The notes under the pieces are model-generated. The model worked only from the letters and a program-made list of their open reading frames with translations, was not told the origin of the DNA and searched no databases. From the NCBI GenBank assembly GCA_904063045.1, contig CAJFCJ010000017.1, positions 682,001 through 746,000 on the forward strand: DNA of 64,000 bases, read 5' to 3'. Shown in pieces: positions 14,529-27,400 of this stretch; the stretch's first letter is position 1, and every line of letters starts with the position of its first letter. This DNA is from Dimorphilus gyrociliatus (Eukaryota; Animalia; Annelida). A program made the position numbers and the translations under genes.

Positions 14529-14762
14529 TTTGGTGAAAACTAGGAGGCATGCGCACTGAAATATTCAACCCGTATTCAACACATTTTTATATTTGATGCC
14601 ATTTGTTTCAATTAATTTTAAAATCTTTCTTATCGACGATAATAAATTTTAAAGACAAGTTAACAGAAATTTTCGTGCGCACCTGCGATTGTTTATTTCC
14701 GCTGCGGTCAATGTTACTTTAGACGGGTTTTTAATTTGATGTAAATTTTTTATATAACAAAT

Positions 14763-17715
14763 ATGACAGAAACTCCTGTTTTAAGTATACGATCATGGAT
14801 AAGGGAAGCTTTATTAGGTTATTAATATGTTTTTAGAATGTCTTACGGAATATTTGTACTCGATAATGTGTTATTTCAATAGTTACAACAAAAATTCCAT
14901 TAAATTCTGCCGGTTCAGTTTTAATAAGATCATTGTTTTACTCCTAGGCTATGCTTTCTGGTGTTTATTCCAAGGACTTGCTCCAATTATTTGGTTTTTT
15001 CCTCTTAATGAACTCGAATTATCAGGTTATGAAGCTTTTGCTGTATGCCTCCTTAGTCCCTGTATTTTGGGAATAACTGCTTTTAAGCGATTTTTCAGTC
15101 AAAGGTACTACATGCTCATCTGTTAGATTACGAACATATTGAATTTTGTTCTATACTCCATCAGATATTCTATGGCGTTACTACGATTGATCGCTATAGC
15201 TGGTTTAGGAAGTTTCCAATGTCCTTCAACAATAAGCCGATTAATTGTATTATGCGCTGGATTAGCCAGTAGCTTAATCGTCTTAGCTGCATCGATTACG
15301 AGCAAAAATCAACTCAAAAGGTCAGTATATCATTTTTAATGTAAGAATCTGAAGACAACTTTCATTAGACATACAACGGCTTGGGGTCTCATTCTTGGAT
15401 TGCTCACGTTTGTCTCAGTAAGAGTATGGTTTTTATCATTTGTGCCAACCTGGTGGAATGATACCTGGAATTCAATAACCGTTGCGTTCGGTATAATAGC
15501 AACAATTGATAAAATCGCTTCAGGTTTGAGAGAATAACTAAAATATTCTCTATCTTAAATATTGTATATCTCCCATAAACTTTGTTTAGGAGAAGATTCA
15601 GAGCCAAAATCGAATGAGAAAGATGTATATAATAGAAATTGTCTCATTATGGGATGTGGTTTGGGTACTATGCTATTTCAAACTCAATTGCTATTAGGAG
15701 AATCGTCTATATTATCAAGATGGACAATAAAAGAGTATCCAGATCCTGGCCCGCAACCCTTTCCACACGGGTATATTGTTCAATTTGATTTATTGTCTAA
15801 ATTACTATTATTTTAATATAACTCTTATTTAGAGCACTTATCATTTTTACCTTATTAATTGGAGTATTTTTAATATGGAATGGAATTTTTAGACGAAGTA
15901 AATTAGCTTGTATAGTATATACTATTTCCTTTTTTATTCTTTATTACTTTCCTCGAACTACGGGTTTTAGCGGTAAGTTATCTTTTAACATTTTTCATTA
16001 TTATTAATAAATGAATTTCATGTTCCATAATATAGCTGGATTGTTAGTAATTTTATACACATTTCTGGTCTGGCCGGAAATTTTAGACGATTTAACTACG
16101 TCGAGAGCTGCATCTACTTTTGTTATAGGCGCTATTGTTTATCTCATTGAAATTTTCTTCTCTGTTTGGACGGTAGCTTATAATTTCGTTCCTGGTGGCG
16201 TCTTTACTCGGGAAAGAACACATGTACTAATCGGAATAATGACTGCTACATTATCTTTATATGTACTAACTGGTAAAGATCAAAAAAAGAATAATTCTCC
16301 TGCCATGATTTTGAATGCTAAAGGATCTAGAGGAACAACTAAACACGCTTCCAGCTCACTTATGATCAGTAATATATAAAATTTATACACTAATGTTTGT
16401 AATAAATAACTTATCTCTTTCAGTTTGTATTTTACTCTTATTGTTTGGTTTTGGAGGTTTTTTCTATCGTCTACCAAATCAAGAATTTAATCATCCACCC
16501 AAAGAACATCCCAATGCAAATTTTACGGCTGCTATTTGGACATATCACTTTGGCTATGATAATCGAGGATGGCCTTCTCTAGAAAGAACTAAGACCCTTT
16601 TCGACAAGATAGATGCTGATTTTATAACACTATTAGAAAGGTAGTATTTGTTTTTTAGGATATCATCTAATCTCTAAGTATTTTAAAATACAGCGATGCC
16701 TCCAAAACTTTCCTCGGCAATAACGATCTTGGTTTATGGTTATCTGAAAAGATGGGTATGTATGTTGATTTCGGACCATCGACAAAGGATCACACTTGGG
16801 GGTAAGTTATTTATCTTTTTTTATTATAAAAACAAGTCTAAAAAGTGTCGAAATTTTATCAGGAATTTAATACTGTCAAGATATCCTATTGTTAAGTCTA
16901 AACATCACCTCTTACCTTCTCCTGAAGGTTTGAATACTATTTTTAAACTTAGAACTTTTTATTAATTAAAAATTTCATTGACATCTTATTCTAAACAGGG
17001 GAACTTGCTCCAGCAATAACAGCAACAGTAAATATGTCTGGAAATTTTATAGATTTTGTTGTAACTCATATGGGAAATGATAGAGATGTTTTGGATAGGA
17101 AACTTCAGGCGGAAGTCTTATCTAAAGAATTAAAAAAAGCGTAATTATTTTCAGAATTAATTGCCTTTCTTTTTTTCCAACGATAAATTTTAAAACAAGC
17201 CAATATCATTTTGTAGAACAAATCCAGTTGTATTCCTTGGATATGTAACATCTGCTCCCCAAAGCCGGGAGTATCTTCAACTAATCGAGAAGGGTAACGT
17301 CAAAGATATTGATTCTACAGATATGGATAGATGGTGTGAGTACATTATGTATAGAGGATTAAGAAGGTAAAATTACCCTAAGTAGTCTATCTATTTTCGT
17401 AATCTTCTTAATTCTTTTCAGATTGGGTTACGCACGCATATCAAACGGAGGATTAAGCGATACTGAAATACAAGTAGCTAAATTTCAAATTCCAGAAAGT
17501 AAAAATTTCAAAGACAACGATAAACTAATAACAAATCCTTCAAAAATCGAAAGAATAAACAGATTTAATCCATCGTAAGTTAATTAATTTAAAGTATTCA
17601 GAATGTCAACATCTAAATTGTTTTTTAAACTAGATTTGGTGAATTTTCACATGGTCATAATTGGATTGTTGATCATCGTTATCATATGAGCACACCAAAA
17701 TATTTTCTGCCATAG
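14763..17715 (+). CDS. CWH43: PGAP2-interacting protein / CWH43 (GPI lipid remodelling)
   Basis: Multi-TM N-half ([18 protein letters not shown]), then [57 protein letters not shown] and C-terminal [13 protein letters not shown]. Confidence 0.92.
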
Positions 17716-17943
17716 AGAAGAATACGAAGAAAACCTTTCAACTCTTTCTAGTTATCACTTTTAGCGAATAATCCCACATTGCAACATATATATATATTTT
17801 GTTGCTTTATATTCAATAGCTATCATATAGGTTTTAACATATCGTTTTTTAACTGATTTATTCTTCTAATATATAATTTTACAACTTTTTCTTTTTTATT
17901 TAATAAATTACTGTAGTACAGTTTGATTTTATGATTTTATTTA

Positions 17944-20353
17944 TTAGTCAACTTCTATTGCTTTCTTTTTCGATTTAACATCGTTTTCCATTGGAATGGA
18001 ATAATGTATGCATTGCCTCAAAATAAAAAGTAGTTCTTCTGTTTGCATCTCAGCTTGATCGAGTCTGAATAATTTTAGAGAATATTAATTATACATACTC
18101 AAGGAAGGAAAGGAGACAATCAATAGTTCTTACTGGCTATAAGCTTTGCTTAATCTTTCAATTTGTTCTTTCTCGCCAACAGTTGACATTTCTTCAATTT
18201 CTTTTTGACATTCTTCTAATTTTTGCTGAAAAAACAGGAACATTACGTTTACATTTAAACAAATTTCCAATCAGTCTATATTTAATTCATTATTACAGCG
18301 TGATCTGGAGCGGATGGATCTAAGGCATTAGTCATTTGTAGGGCGATTGCTTCAATTTTAGATTGTTTCTCTAAGAGTCTCCTATTAGATGGTAAAATTA
18401 ACTAATCAATAAGATTTATGAACAAATTTGACTATTTTTTTATATATACTTGGATTTCTTTCCTTCGTGATCTCGTCTTGAATAGAGGTTACCCAAAATC
18501 TATAAATTCGAATATGAATATTGGAATGACCAGATGAAAAGTAAGCGATACTACTACTTACCATATAGCAGTTCTCTTCAAGTTTCCTAGCTAGGGCATC
18601 AATATTAACAGAAAATAAATAAAAAGTAGATCTAGGAGCGTGATCACTTGTCTTAGGTACTTCCTATAATGAATTTTGCACGATTACTCACTTTTACATT
18701 TCCTAGAAATCTTCAAAACTCACCGTTACAGAAACGTATTGCTGTTCAACCATTCTATAAAGTAATTCCTTAGCTTCCTTTGCTGGAATCATAACGCAAT
18801 CCTCAATCTTTTTGAAGGAATAAAGAACGTCTAAAATGAGAATTTTTATACTTTCACTGTTAATAATATTAAACCTTTTGTTGTTCTAAATTTCCATTTA
18901 ATAATAAAACTTTGAATATTCTAAATGCTTTTGAACCAAACTTTTCTTGAATTATTGATTCAATATGGCTAGTAGCTAGATTTTTCATCGCTTTTGGTAA
19001 ATCTATGGTGTAATGTATTAATTAGAATGTAATACTTCTTACATTGTACATGTATATTATTCACCTATTGCATATGTTCCTTCTCCACTGTCGGCTAGCT
19101 TAATGACGCAATTAAACTATAAGGAATGAGTATGAATGAAACAATATTAATTCTTGAACTGGTGACTAAACGAATAAAACCTACAGAGTCTTCAACAAGA
19201 AGAGACATATACTGAGTAAGTATATCTTTACTTATTCCAAGTTCTTTTTTTGTAATCGGAGATAACTTTTTAAAGATGAAGAACGATAAATTTTATGATA
19301 AAATACTAATTTAACAAGGAAACAAACTTCAATCATTGAAATTCCTTTTGTACTTGTGCAATTAGGATCCGTTCTAGTTTCACTTATTCGAAGTATTATT
19401 TTAATAATTTCGCAGGCGTTCTATAAGATAATGTGAATTATAAAATAGAGTACATAATATATATATATATATATATATATTATGATTATTATTAATATTA
19501 AAAGTAGAAAATAACTTACGGAATCGATTCGTCTTTCAAAAGCTGTTGCTATTTGGCAATCTCTTAAATATCTGTGAAATCTATCATAATTTATAATCCA
19601 TAGAACTAGATTTTCTGTTTCTTCAGTTTTTTGTCGTTTTTCTGGTGGTTCACCTGAAGTAAAATAACAAATATCTTAATAATAAATGCTTGAGGTTGAT
19701 TTAAAATATATGTTCAATATAAAGTTATATATTTACTATCTGCCATTGGTGGAACAAAATACAAATTGTGCTTTTGCTCACTAAATATAGGAACACCATC
19801 TTCAACTCCAACAACTGAAGGAAATCTTTTGATAAATTGTTCTGAGACTAATTTGATGAAAATAGGGTGAATTTCTTCTTTTTTGATGTTTTGATTATTC
19901 CCTTCAGCATCAGTTTTCATAGTTATGTTTTTAACAATATCATCTAAGCTTAGATTTCCGTGAAAGCATAATTCTTCAACAATAAATTCAGCTGTATCGC
20001 CAAATAACGATTTGGCTGTAAATATAAATTTTGGGAATAAAATCCTGTTTAGAACAATGTCAGTGTGAATATAATATTCCAAAGTGCCGGAAGTGGATCT
20101 TTTAAAAGTAACGAGATTATGATGAATAAAGGTATATAAGCATTTTTTGACCTGTAAACTTTCATGTACATTAAATTAAATATTTCATAACATTCGAATT
20201 TCTTACAGTTAGAATTCTTTCTTTGGATAGTCGGGATAATTCGAACAATGATGTATGCCCTTTAGCTAACAATACTTGACTCACACGACCTGCAATGTCT
20301 CCAAAACCTTCAGAAATTATAGAAGAGCAAAGATGATTTAAACTTGACGACAT
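17944..20353 (-). CDS. POLR3C: RNA polymerase III subunit RPC3/RPC62
   Basis: MSSSLNHLCSSIISEGFGDIAGRV, LFPKFIFTAKSLFGDTAEFIVEELCFHG, IEDCVMIPAKEAKELL and C-terminal LDQAEMQTEELLFIL align with POLR3C from recall. Confidence 0.88.
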
Positions 20354-20472
20354 GCTATCTTCTACTATTATTGAGCTATATTATCGCTCAGCCGAATCGA
20401 AAAATAGCAATAGTTTTCTACCAGTTTATTGTTGTCTCGTTTCCTCGGACTCAAAGGCTAATATCAAAGAAA

Positions 20473-21578
20473 ATGACAACTGACTCGTCAGCGTTTGGCT
20501 TTATTTCAACACTAGCAAAATTAGTGTGTCCACAGCCGTGCTATGATGAATTCTTTGTGAAATTTAATTTTTTTCATAGTTAGTACTTGCTAATAAATGC
20601 AAAATAAGAAATGATCTAAATATTTTATATATTTATATTCCTGAACAGTTGCCTGTCTCAAAGTTGTTCTTAGCAAATGTCTAGGATACGGGATTATTTT
20701 GGGATCGGTTTTAGGTTTGTAAGCAAGAAGCGTTTTACTTACTAACCGTTCTAAAATTGTGTATACAGTATATTGTATGATTAAAGGCTTAGCTGTTTGA
20801 CATTTGATATCTACTATATATGTTAAATGTTCTTAATTTAATTTTACAGTAAAAGTACCCCAAATCTTAAAGATTCTCTTCTCAAGAAGTGGAAAAGGAA
20901 TAAGTCTGGCTTCATCAACTCTTGAACTATTATCAACAAGTTCATCTCTTGGCTATGGAGTCGCTAAAGGCTTTCCTTTTAGGTTCGATTATATTACAAT
21001 AAATTCTTAAATATTCTCAAACGTTCTTTCAATATTCTAACAGTTCGATTGGAGATTCATTCTTTTTAACAGTACAAAATTTAATAGTTGTTGCAATGGT
21101 TACTTTGTTCGAAATTGGACTTTTTCCTTCGATTATTTTTGGTTTACTCTCCGCACTATTCTGCGTGTTTGTTTGCACATCTCTGGCTCCATTTTCTCTG
21201 TTATACTTCCTACAGGGTTCAGTTATACCTATAATTATAATTAGTAAGGTTAGTTAAATATAAATAATAGTCTGTTCAAATAAAATATTTTGAACGTAAA
21301 TTATTCTATATATTACATTTTCTATTTTTACTTTTCAGCTTATTCAGGCTTTTTCTAATTTTAGAAATAAATCTACTGGACAACTGTCTGCAATTACAGT
21401 TTTCTTGTTATTCTTCGGTTCGATTGCAAGAATATTTACAGCCATACAGGAAACGGGTGATACGATGATAATACTAGTATACGTCTGTTCAACGTTAATG
21501 AATGGCTTAATTGTCATGCAAATGATACTATATTGGAACAATTCAACGAAAAAGATTAAAAAAGCTAAAAAGGCTTAG
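20473..21578 (+). CDS. MPDU1: Mannose-P-dolichol utilization defect 1 (PQ-loop)
   Basis: [38 protein letters not shown] and [33 protein letters not shown]-terminal KKAKKA* resembles a di-lysine ER motif. Confidence 0.92.
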
Positions 21579-21774
21579 ATTAACTAATCAATCCTAAGGT
21601 GATATTCCGTGAAAGATTAAGAAATTAATTAGATAAATTGAAAAAATTGGAATGTTTATAAAAATTTATTTCTCAATTATTCCTTTATTAAAAATAATAC
21701 AATGACAAAGAAATTAGATATATTTTTTGCATACAAAACAAGGCTCATTGTTTTCTTGTTCAAGTTGGTTTTTC

Positions 21775-24446
21775 TTAATTTTCAAAAGCTTGCCATCTTT
21801 TTGACAATAAATCAAATATCTCCACAAGTTTTGAATATTTTTCAGAACGATTTGGACAAGTTCGACCGTTAAATAATAACTTGGATTGAAATTGCTCATC
21901 AAATATTGATTTCAAATTATCTAGACATTGAAGATTTTTAGTATTGTAGACTTTCTCGTAGGATGATAGCTGACGAAGTACGCATCTCATCTCTTGGAAT
22001 ATTCTAAAATTCTTTTCCAGATCATTCTCCTTAGGCCAAATTGAACCTACGGAATTATCATTTTCCATTTGCAGTATAAATGGAAAAACATCAGGTAAAA
22101 CTGGAGTTTTTGTCTCAGCAAGATCTTCTTTTAATTTCTTATATTCTCCTTCGATAAAATCCGTGAGAATTGCGTATCTGGCCTTGGTTAATTCCCAAGT
22201 TTTTGTTAGCTTGGAAATTTGAGGTGATTTTAAAGCGAAAGTAATTAAGCGGAAGGTAAATAAATTTCCGATATGGAATAATTGATTTGCAACTGCATGC
22301 CAAAATCTAAGGCAGTTTACTCTATCATCGACTGAAATACTGGACGTTAAAATGGTTGATAGGATAAAGAAATGTAATGAGATCATATGATCTAATAATT
22401 TCTTTCTCTCTTCTTCGCCAGTGTGTAGAGTTAAAAGTTCGATTATCCTATAATTACCCGTTCTATCGAACAATTTATGAAAATGAAAGAAAGTAAGAAA
22501 TTCGGCCACGGAACGTACATGTTCGTTTAACAGACTTCTTCGAACAGTTACCATATTAAACTTTTGAGGTGCTGTGTAAAAAACCTCGGGTTTCTTCTCT
22601 TCGGCCGTCGATAAATCGTAAAGAACTTCTTCGGCAACCTTATCGTATAATGGTTGTTCAAACTCCGGCTCAATCTCTTTAGCCTTTGGAACTGTGTCTT
22701 CATATCTAGGTATTGTAACTACAGATAGTTCTTTTTTGGTAAACGGCTGACTTCCCGTCCTTTTCCTGGGTAATGATGGACTGTTGCAGGCGCTTTTGCA
22801 GCAAACTCCTAGTGGTATACCACAAGGTCTGGGTACTGGCTTAGTAATAATAGCTTCGGAGTTGGAAGAAATTAATTTCTTTTTTACGATATAGTAGTTT
22901 ATCAACTCATAGACGCTGTCAAACGTATCCTCTTCAAACTGATATTTATATATCTCTGAATCATTCACTTTATGCTTATTGATAACGAAATGCAAAGGCT
23001 TAGATTTACATAAGCAAGATAATATTATCTCTCCCTTTTTAGACGTTGAATTCCTAATAAGAAAATCTCCATCAGCTTTTAACAAAGACTCAGCCGTCTT
23101 CCGGCAGATGGCGCCATAGAACCAAGATTGAGATTCTAATAGCTTTTCCTTGGCCACTTTTATCTTCCTCCTTAAAAGAGGTGAATTTGGGGCACTACTG
23201 CTAGCACCAGGCGTTGGTGGAAGTGGTTGGTGTTGAATCTTTAGATCAGTATAGTTTTTCACTCTTAACTGCTTAGTCCTCATTGTTAAATCTATATGTA
23301 AATGAATATATATATTTTCAATAATAACTAATTTAAATGTAAATGAATTCTTATTCTTTATATACATCTAAAAAAAAAGAATATAGAAAACAAACATACC
23401 GGAAATACTGTCTCTAACTAAAAGTAACTTTGCATAAATTCTAGCTCTATCCTCTTCCTTTTTAATTCCCAATTTCTTAAAATCCGATTCAGTTGAACTA
23501 ATAATATCCTATTTAAAAGAAAGAAAAGAATAAAAATGAATAAAGGGAAAATAAAAAACAAGGATTATTCATTAATAATAAATAATTTTTTCAATTAAAA
23601 AGAGAGAGAGAGAGAGAGAGAGGAATACCTCTTAGTCATTATATTTATCACGTAACTGGCTACTTTATATACATATCTCCCCCCCCCCCCCTCTCTCTCT
23701 CTCTCTATCTGTCTATACATACATATACAGTATATATGTATATACAATATATAAAATTTAACTATTGTTATACTGTCTGCTGAAATTTTTTTTAAATGAC
23801 AAAGTAATTATTTCAATGGCTTTATGGCAAAGTATTACGATAGTTTGTGTACTATCCATTCATTATTGTTGTTGCGTATAAACAATTAAGTAAAAGGAAA
23901 AACTATCATAATTAATGATATAATCTATTGAAGGTAGATATATTTATATATATTGCATAAGGATAAATGCTATAGTATGATTAAGCATCGTCGTCATTTA
24001 CTACTCATCATATTAAATGATTATTTTCTTCCTATTTTGGGCTTGCTCTATTGATTTCTCTCTTTTTACTGTTGTTGTTGTTGTTACTGATGATGGATTA
24101 AGTGAATAAATAGCCATAAGCTATAATAAAATTATCCTCTCCTAAAAATATTATTAATAAGTTCACCTAAAAACAACAACGATAACAAGACCCTACTATC
24201 TTACAGGCTTTATTTATATTTGAACAACATTGCCAAACCAGGCTAATTATTATATTTTAAAAAAGTGATTTTATATTATAAAACAAACAAAATCTTTAGT
24301 AGTTCGATAAAAACTTTAAAAGGATTGTAGTCCTATAATGCACTTACGTTTAAGCTATCAAACTTTTGAAAGTATTTACTGAAACCTTCTAAACCGCAAG
24401 ATGATAGCCAAACTTGGACTGAAATTTTATCCAATCCTTTTTCCAT
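21775..24446 (-). CDS. SAM + SH2 + RasGEF-like protein (BCAR3/SH2D3/NSP family)
   Basis: Exons 24446-24348 (phase 0), 23508-23400 (phase 1) and 23291-21775 join in frame. SH2 WFYGAICRKTAESLLKADGDFLIRNS...YQFEEDTFDSV and Cdc25-like GNLFTF...QISKLTKTW are present. Confidence 0.85.
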
Positions 24447-27400
24447 GTCTTTTCGTCTAAAAGGAGAAAATAAGATGATTAGATAATGTTAATAAAAGGG
24501 TATATAGGGTTAAAGTAGAAAACAGACAAAAAAGAATTATGTAATGAATCATATTTAGGAGTGAGTCATATGAAAACAAGGCAGAAAAGGGGCTGACAAT
24601 CGATTGGGGTTCATCTCAACAAGTAAATATGCAAATTTTTATCAAATCTTATCACATCATCAATTAAAATAAATATGAATAATCTTGTTAAGAGGATAAG
24701 GAGATAAAATTGTAATAAATCCCTTCTTCATCCTCCTAGCAAGAGCGATAAAACAAGAGAAATTTTATGTAAAATACTTACATGATGTACCATTGGAGAC
24801 AGCTGAACTTACTCACAAAGAATGAATGTTACAGTAGCCTATTAATCTAAGCTTTATATTAGAAAATATGAAAAAAAGTCTTCAATTACATAAAAGAAAG
24901 GAATCGCTTGCAGCAATTTGTGCAGGGAGAAAGAACATAGGACGCTCTCTCGCTACCCCGGCAAAGCGCAAACTGCAAAAAACTGCCAGGCGTCTATGGA
25001 ACTCTGCACAAAGCCGGCTATATGCAAATGAGGCGTTGCACGCTCTATACGCGCACAGGTTTCGCCGTGTGAAAAAATCGATGATTCGCTTCGTCAGCTT
25101 TATTTCTACTATTTTATTGACGATCGCGTATATTTCTTTAGTACTGAGTGTACAGTTTAATTGACTTACACATTAGCCCTAAATGTAATATAATGATTAG
25201 CAGGGATGTAAAAGTTAAAGAAGGGAGATTAGCGAGTAAAACGTGAGAGTATTTATAGACGGAAGGAAGGAAAAAGATGAAAGAAAGAAATATTGCATTA
25301 ATACACGAGTGATATGAAACAATGAGGGCGGTATGGGGGTAGGAGGTATGATGAGGGACAGATGGTCGGGGAAGGGTAGCATGTTGGATAAGTAGTTTAA
25401 AAATAGAAGTAGTAATAGGAAAAGAGTATGACCAAATCCTATTTGTTACGCCTGATGGCCAAACTTCTAGAATTACAACAGACAAACAAGTTACTACTCC
25501 TACTTTCTCTTTTGCCTCGTTGGGGTAAAGGAATGCTTGAGCTGATAAGATCTGGAATTAACTGCAGCCCTGTCTATTGGCGTGGGTTATTTTCTCCCTT
25601 TATGTTTGGTATATACACAAAATCAGAAGGATCTAAAGTAATTTCCGTAAAAGAAAATAAAAATAAGGAAATAGGCCCGTTTTCCTTTCGTATTATCTTT
25701 TCTAACCCTTAAAAAAACCACATCTGCTATTAGAGTATGTATAGATTGTATACTGTATATATCATTAATCTATCGTGCGATAAATGACGGAAAAGAGGCG
25801 GAAGTGGGCGGACAAGTAGGATGAAGGAAACTTGTGAGAAAGTACGAAAGAGTCGAAAGAAGTATCTAAATTGATGGGGAGTTTGGAGAGGTTCGTTGGG
25901 AGAAAAAATGGCAAACGTATAAGTAGTAACTGTGCAAGATGAAAACAACATGAGGAAATGGGTGAAAGGAGGAAGATTATATGAGAGAGAGGAAAGGATT
26001 TTTGGATGAATAAGTTGTTTTATGGTCGTAGAACGAATAATTGATGAAGAGTGTAACCTAAACAACGTCATATAATCTATCGTAATAAATCAAATATAGT
26101 TGTCAAGGCTACATAGAATGATAATTGAACTCTTCTACTCACTTTGAACGTAATACTTAAAGTTACCCGGACCGCATCCTTCTGTTACCGGAAATTAAAA
26201 CCGATAAGGGGCGTTTAATATTTCAGAAACGCTATTCTATTCTAGCAAATTATTCACATATTAAATAAAAAGTGATATAGGTGTACACATATAACCGATA
26301 CATAAGAAAGCGTGACATTTAATATAATGTATAAACTCTGTTTTCTTCATTTTTCATATGCTACAATCGTCGTTTAATTTCTTCTCATTAACCTTCCTGT
26401 TTTAATTCACCATCTCCCTCCTTCCCTCTCCCCCCCCCCTCTCTCTCTTTTCCTTTCTTCCTTTACTTTCAATTAACCTATCTGCACTATACAGTATATT
26501 TTTCGTTATAAATCTCTGAAATAAACTTATCAATGGATTTTTTTTGGGGGGAAATCATAATTCCTTACGCGTCAAACACAATTTACCCATTAAGTGGAAA
26601 ATATATTTGTTTTTATACATGTATCTAAATAATCAAAACGGAACTCCCAAAGCGGAAGCGGTAACGCCGCAAACCTTTTAGTTATTTTCTTTCATCTCTA
26701 GTGTTTAATTTTCATACGCATCACAACGTCCTTATTCAATTTTTCCCTTATTATCGATCATAAACCTTTTCTAAGAGTTAACAAACAAACTTTTCTTTAC
26801 CTACTAAAAAATAATAAATCATTGTTTCTTTGCGTCTTTGACTCTCCTATATAGAAAAAACAAAATCACAGCCATTTCAATATAAATAACTTTAGAAAGG
26901 ATTATATTATTATATAATTATTGGATCTTGATTTTATCCTTTGTCTTTTTTTCTTTAAAAAAACAAAAATTTCCTAAATAAATAATTTTTTTTGTATAGC
27001 TTTTGCGTGTTCTTAAAAAAAAATGGAATACTTAAAGTAATTTCGTTGACAAACTGCTCTAGTGTAGTGTGTAATTAGTTAGCTAATTATTCTGTCGACG
27101 TAAAATAGTTTACGCTTTTAGATTTGGAAAAGAAATTAGTAATTCGACTGCTGTTTCTTTATATAAGCAAAGGATTAAGTTTCCAGTTTATGCATACAAC
27201 ATATGCAGCTTATTCTTTTTTTCGGAGGAAATATAGTAAGCCTGGAAAAAAAAAAGAAAGAAAAGGAATTATCAATATTTGTCTAGTTGGAGAGAGAGAG
27301 AGAGAGAGTGAAAGAAAGAAATTAAGCCCAAATTTTTTCCTCCCTATTCTACAAGGAAAAAAGAAGGGGAGCAAAAGAGTTTAGTCTTCAATTATCCGTA

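Noticed and set aside
17944-20353. Functional clustering of POLR3C with the tRNA arrays
   Set aside because: They are over 5 kb apart with unrelated genes between, and there is no evidence beyond proximity.
21775-23367. Treating the 530-aa ORF as a complete single-exon gene starting MYIKNKN
   Set aside because: Its first 25 or so codons are intronic. The exon starts at 23291 after a canonical acceptor and splices to the SAM exons.
24629-25029. Two octamer motifs ATGCAAAT (possible snRNA or POU enhancer)
   Set aside because: Several copies are expected by chance in AT-rich DNA, and I found no snRNA sequence nearby.
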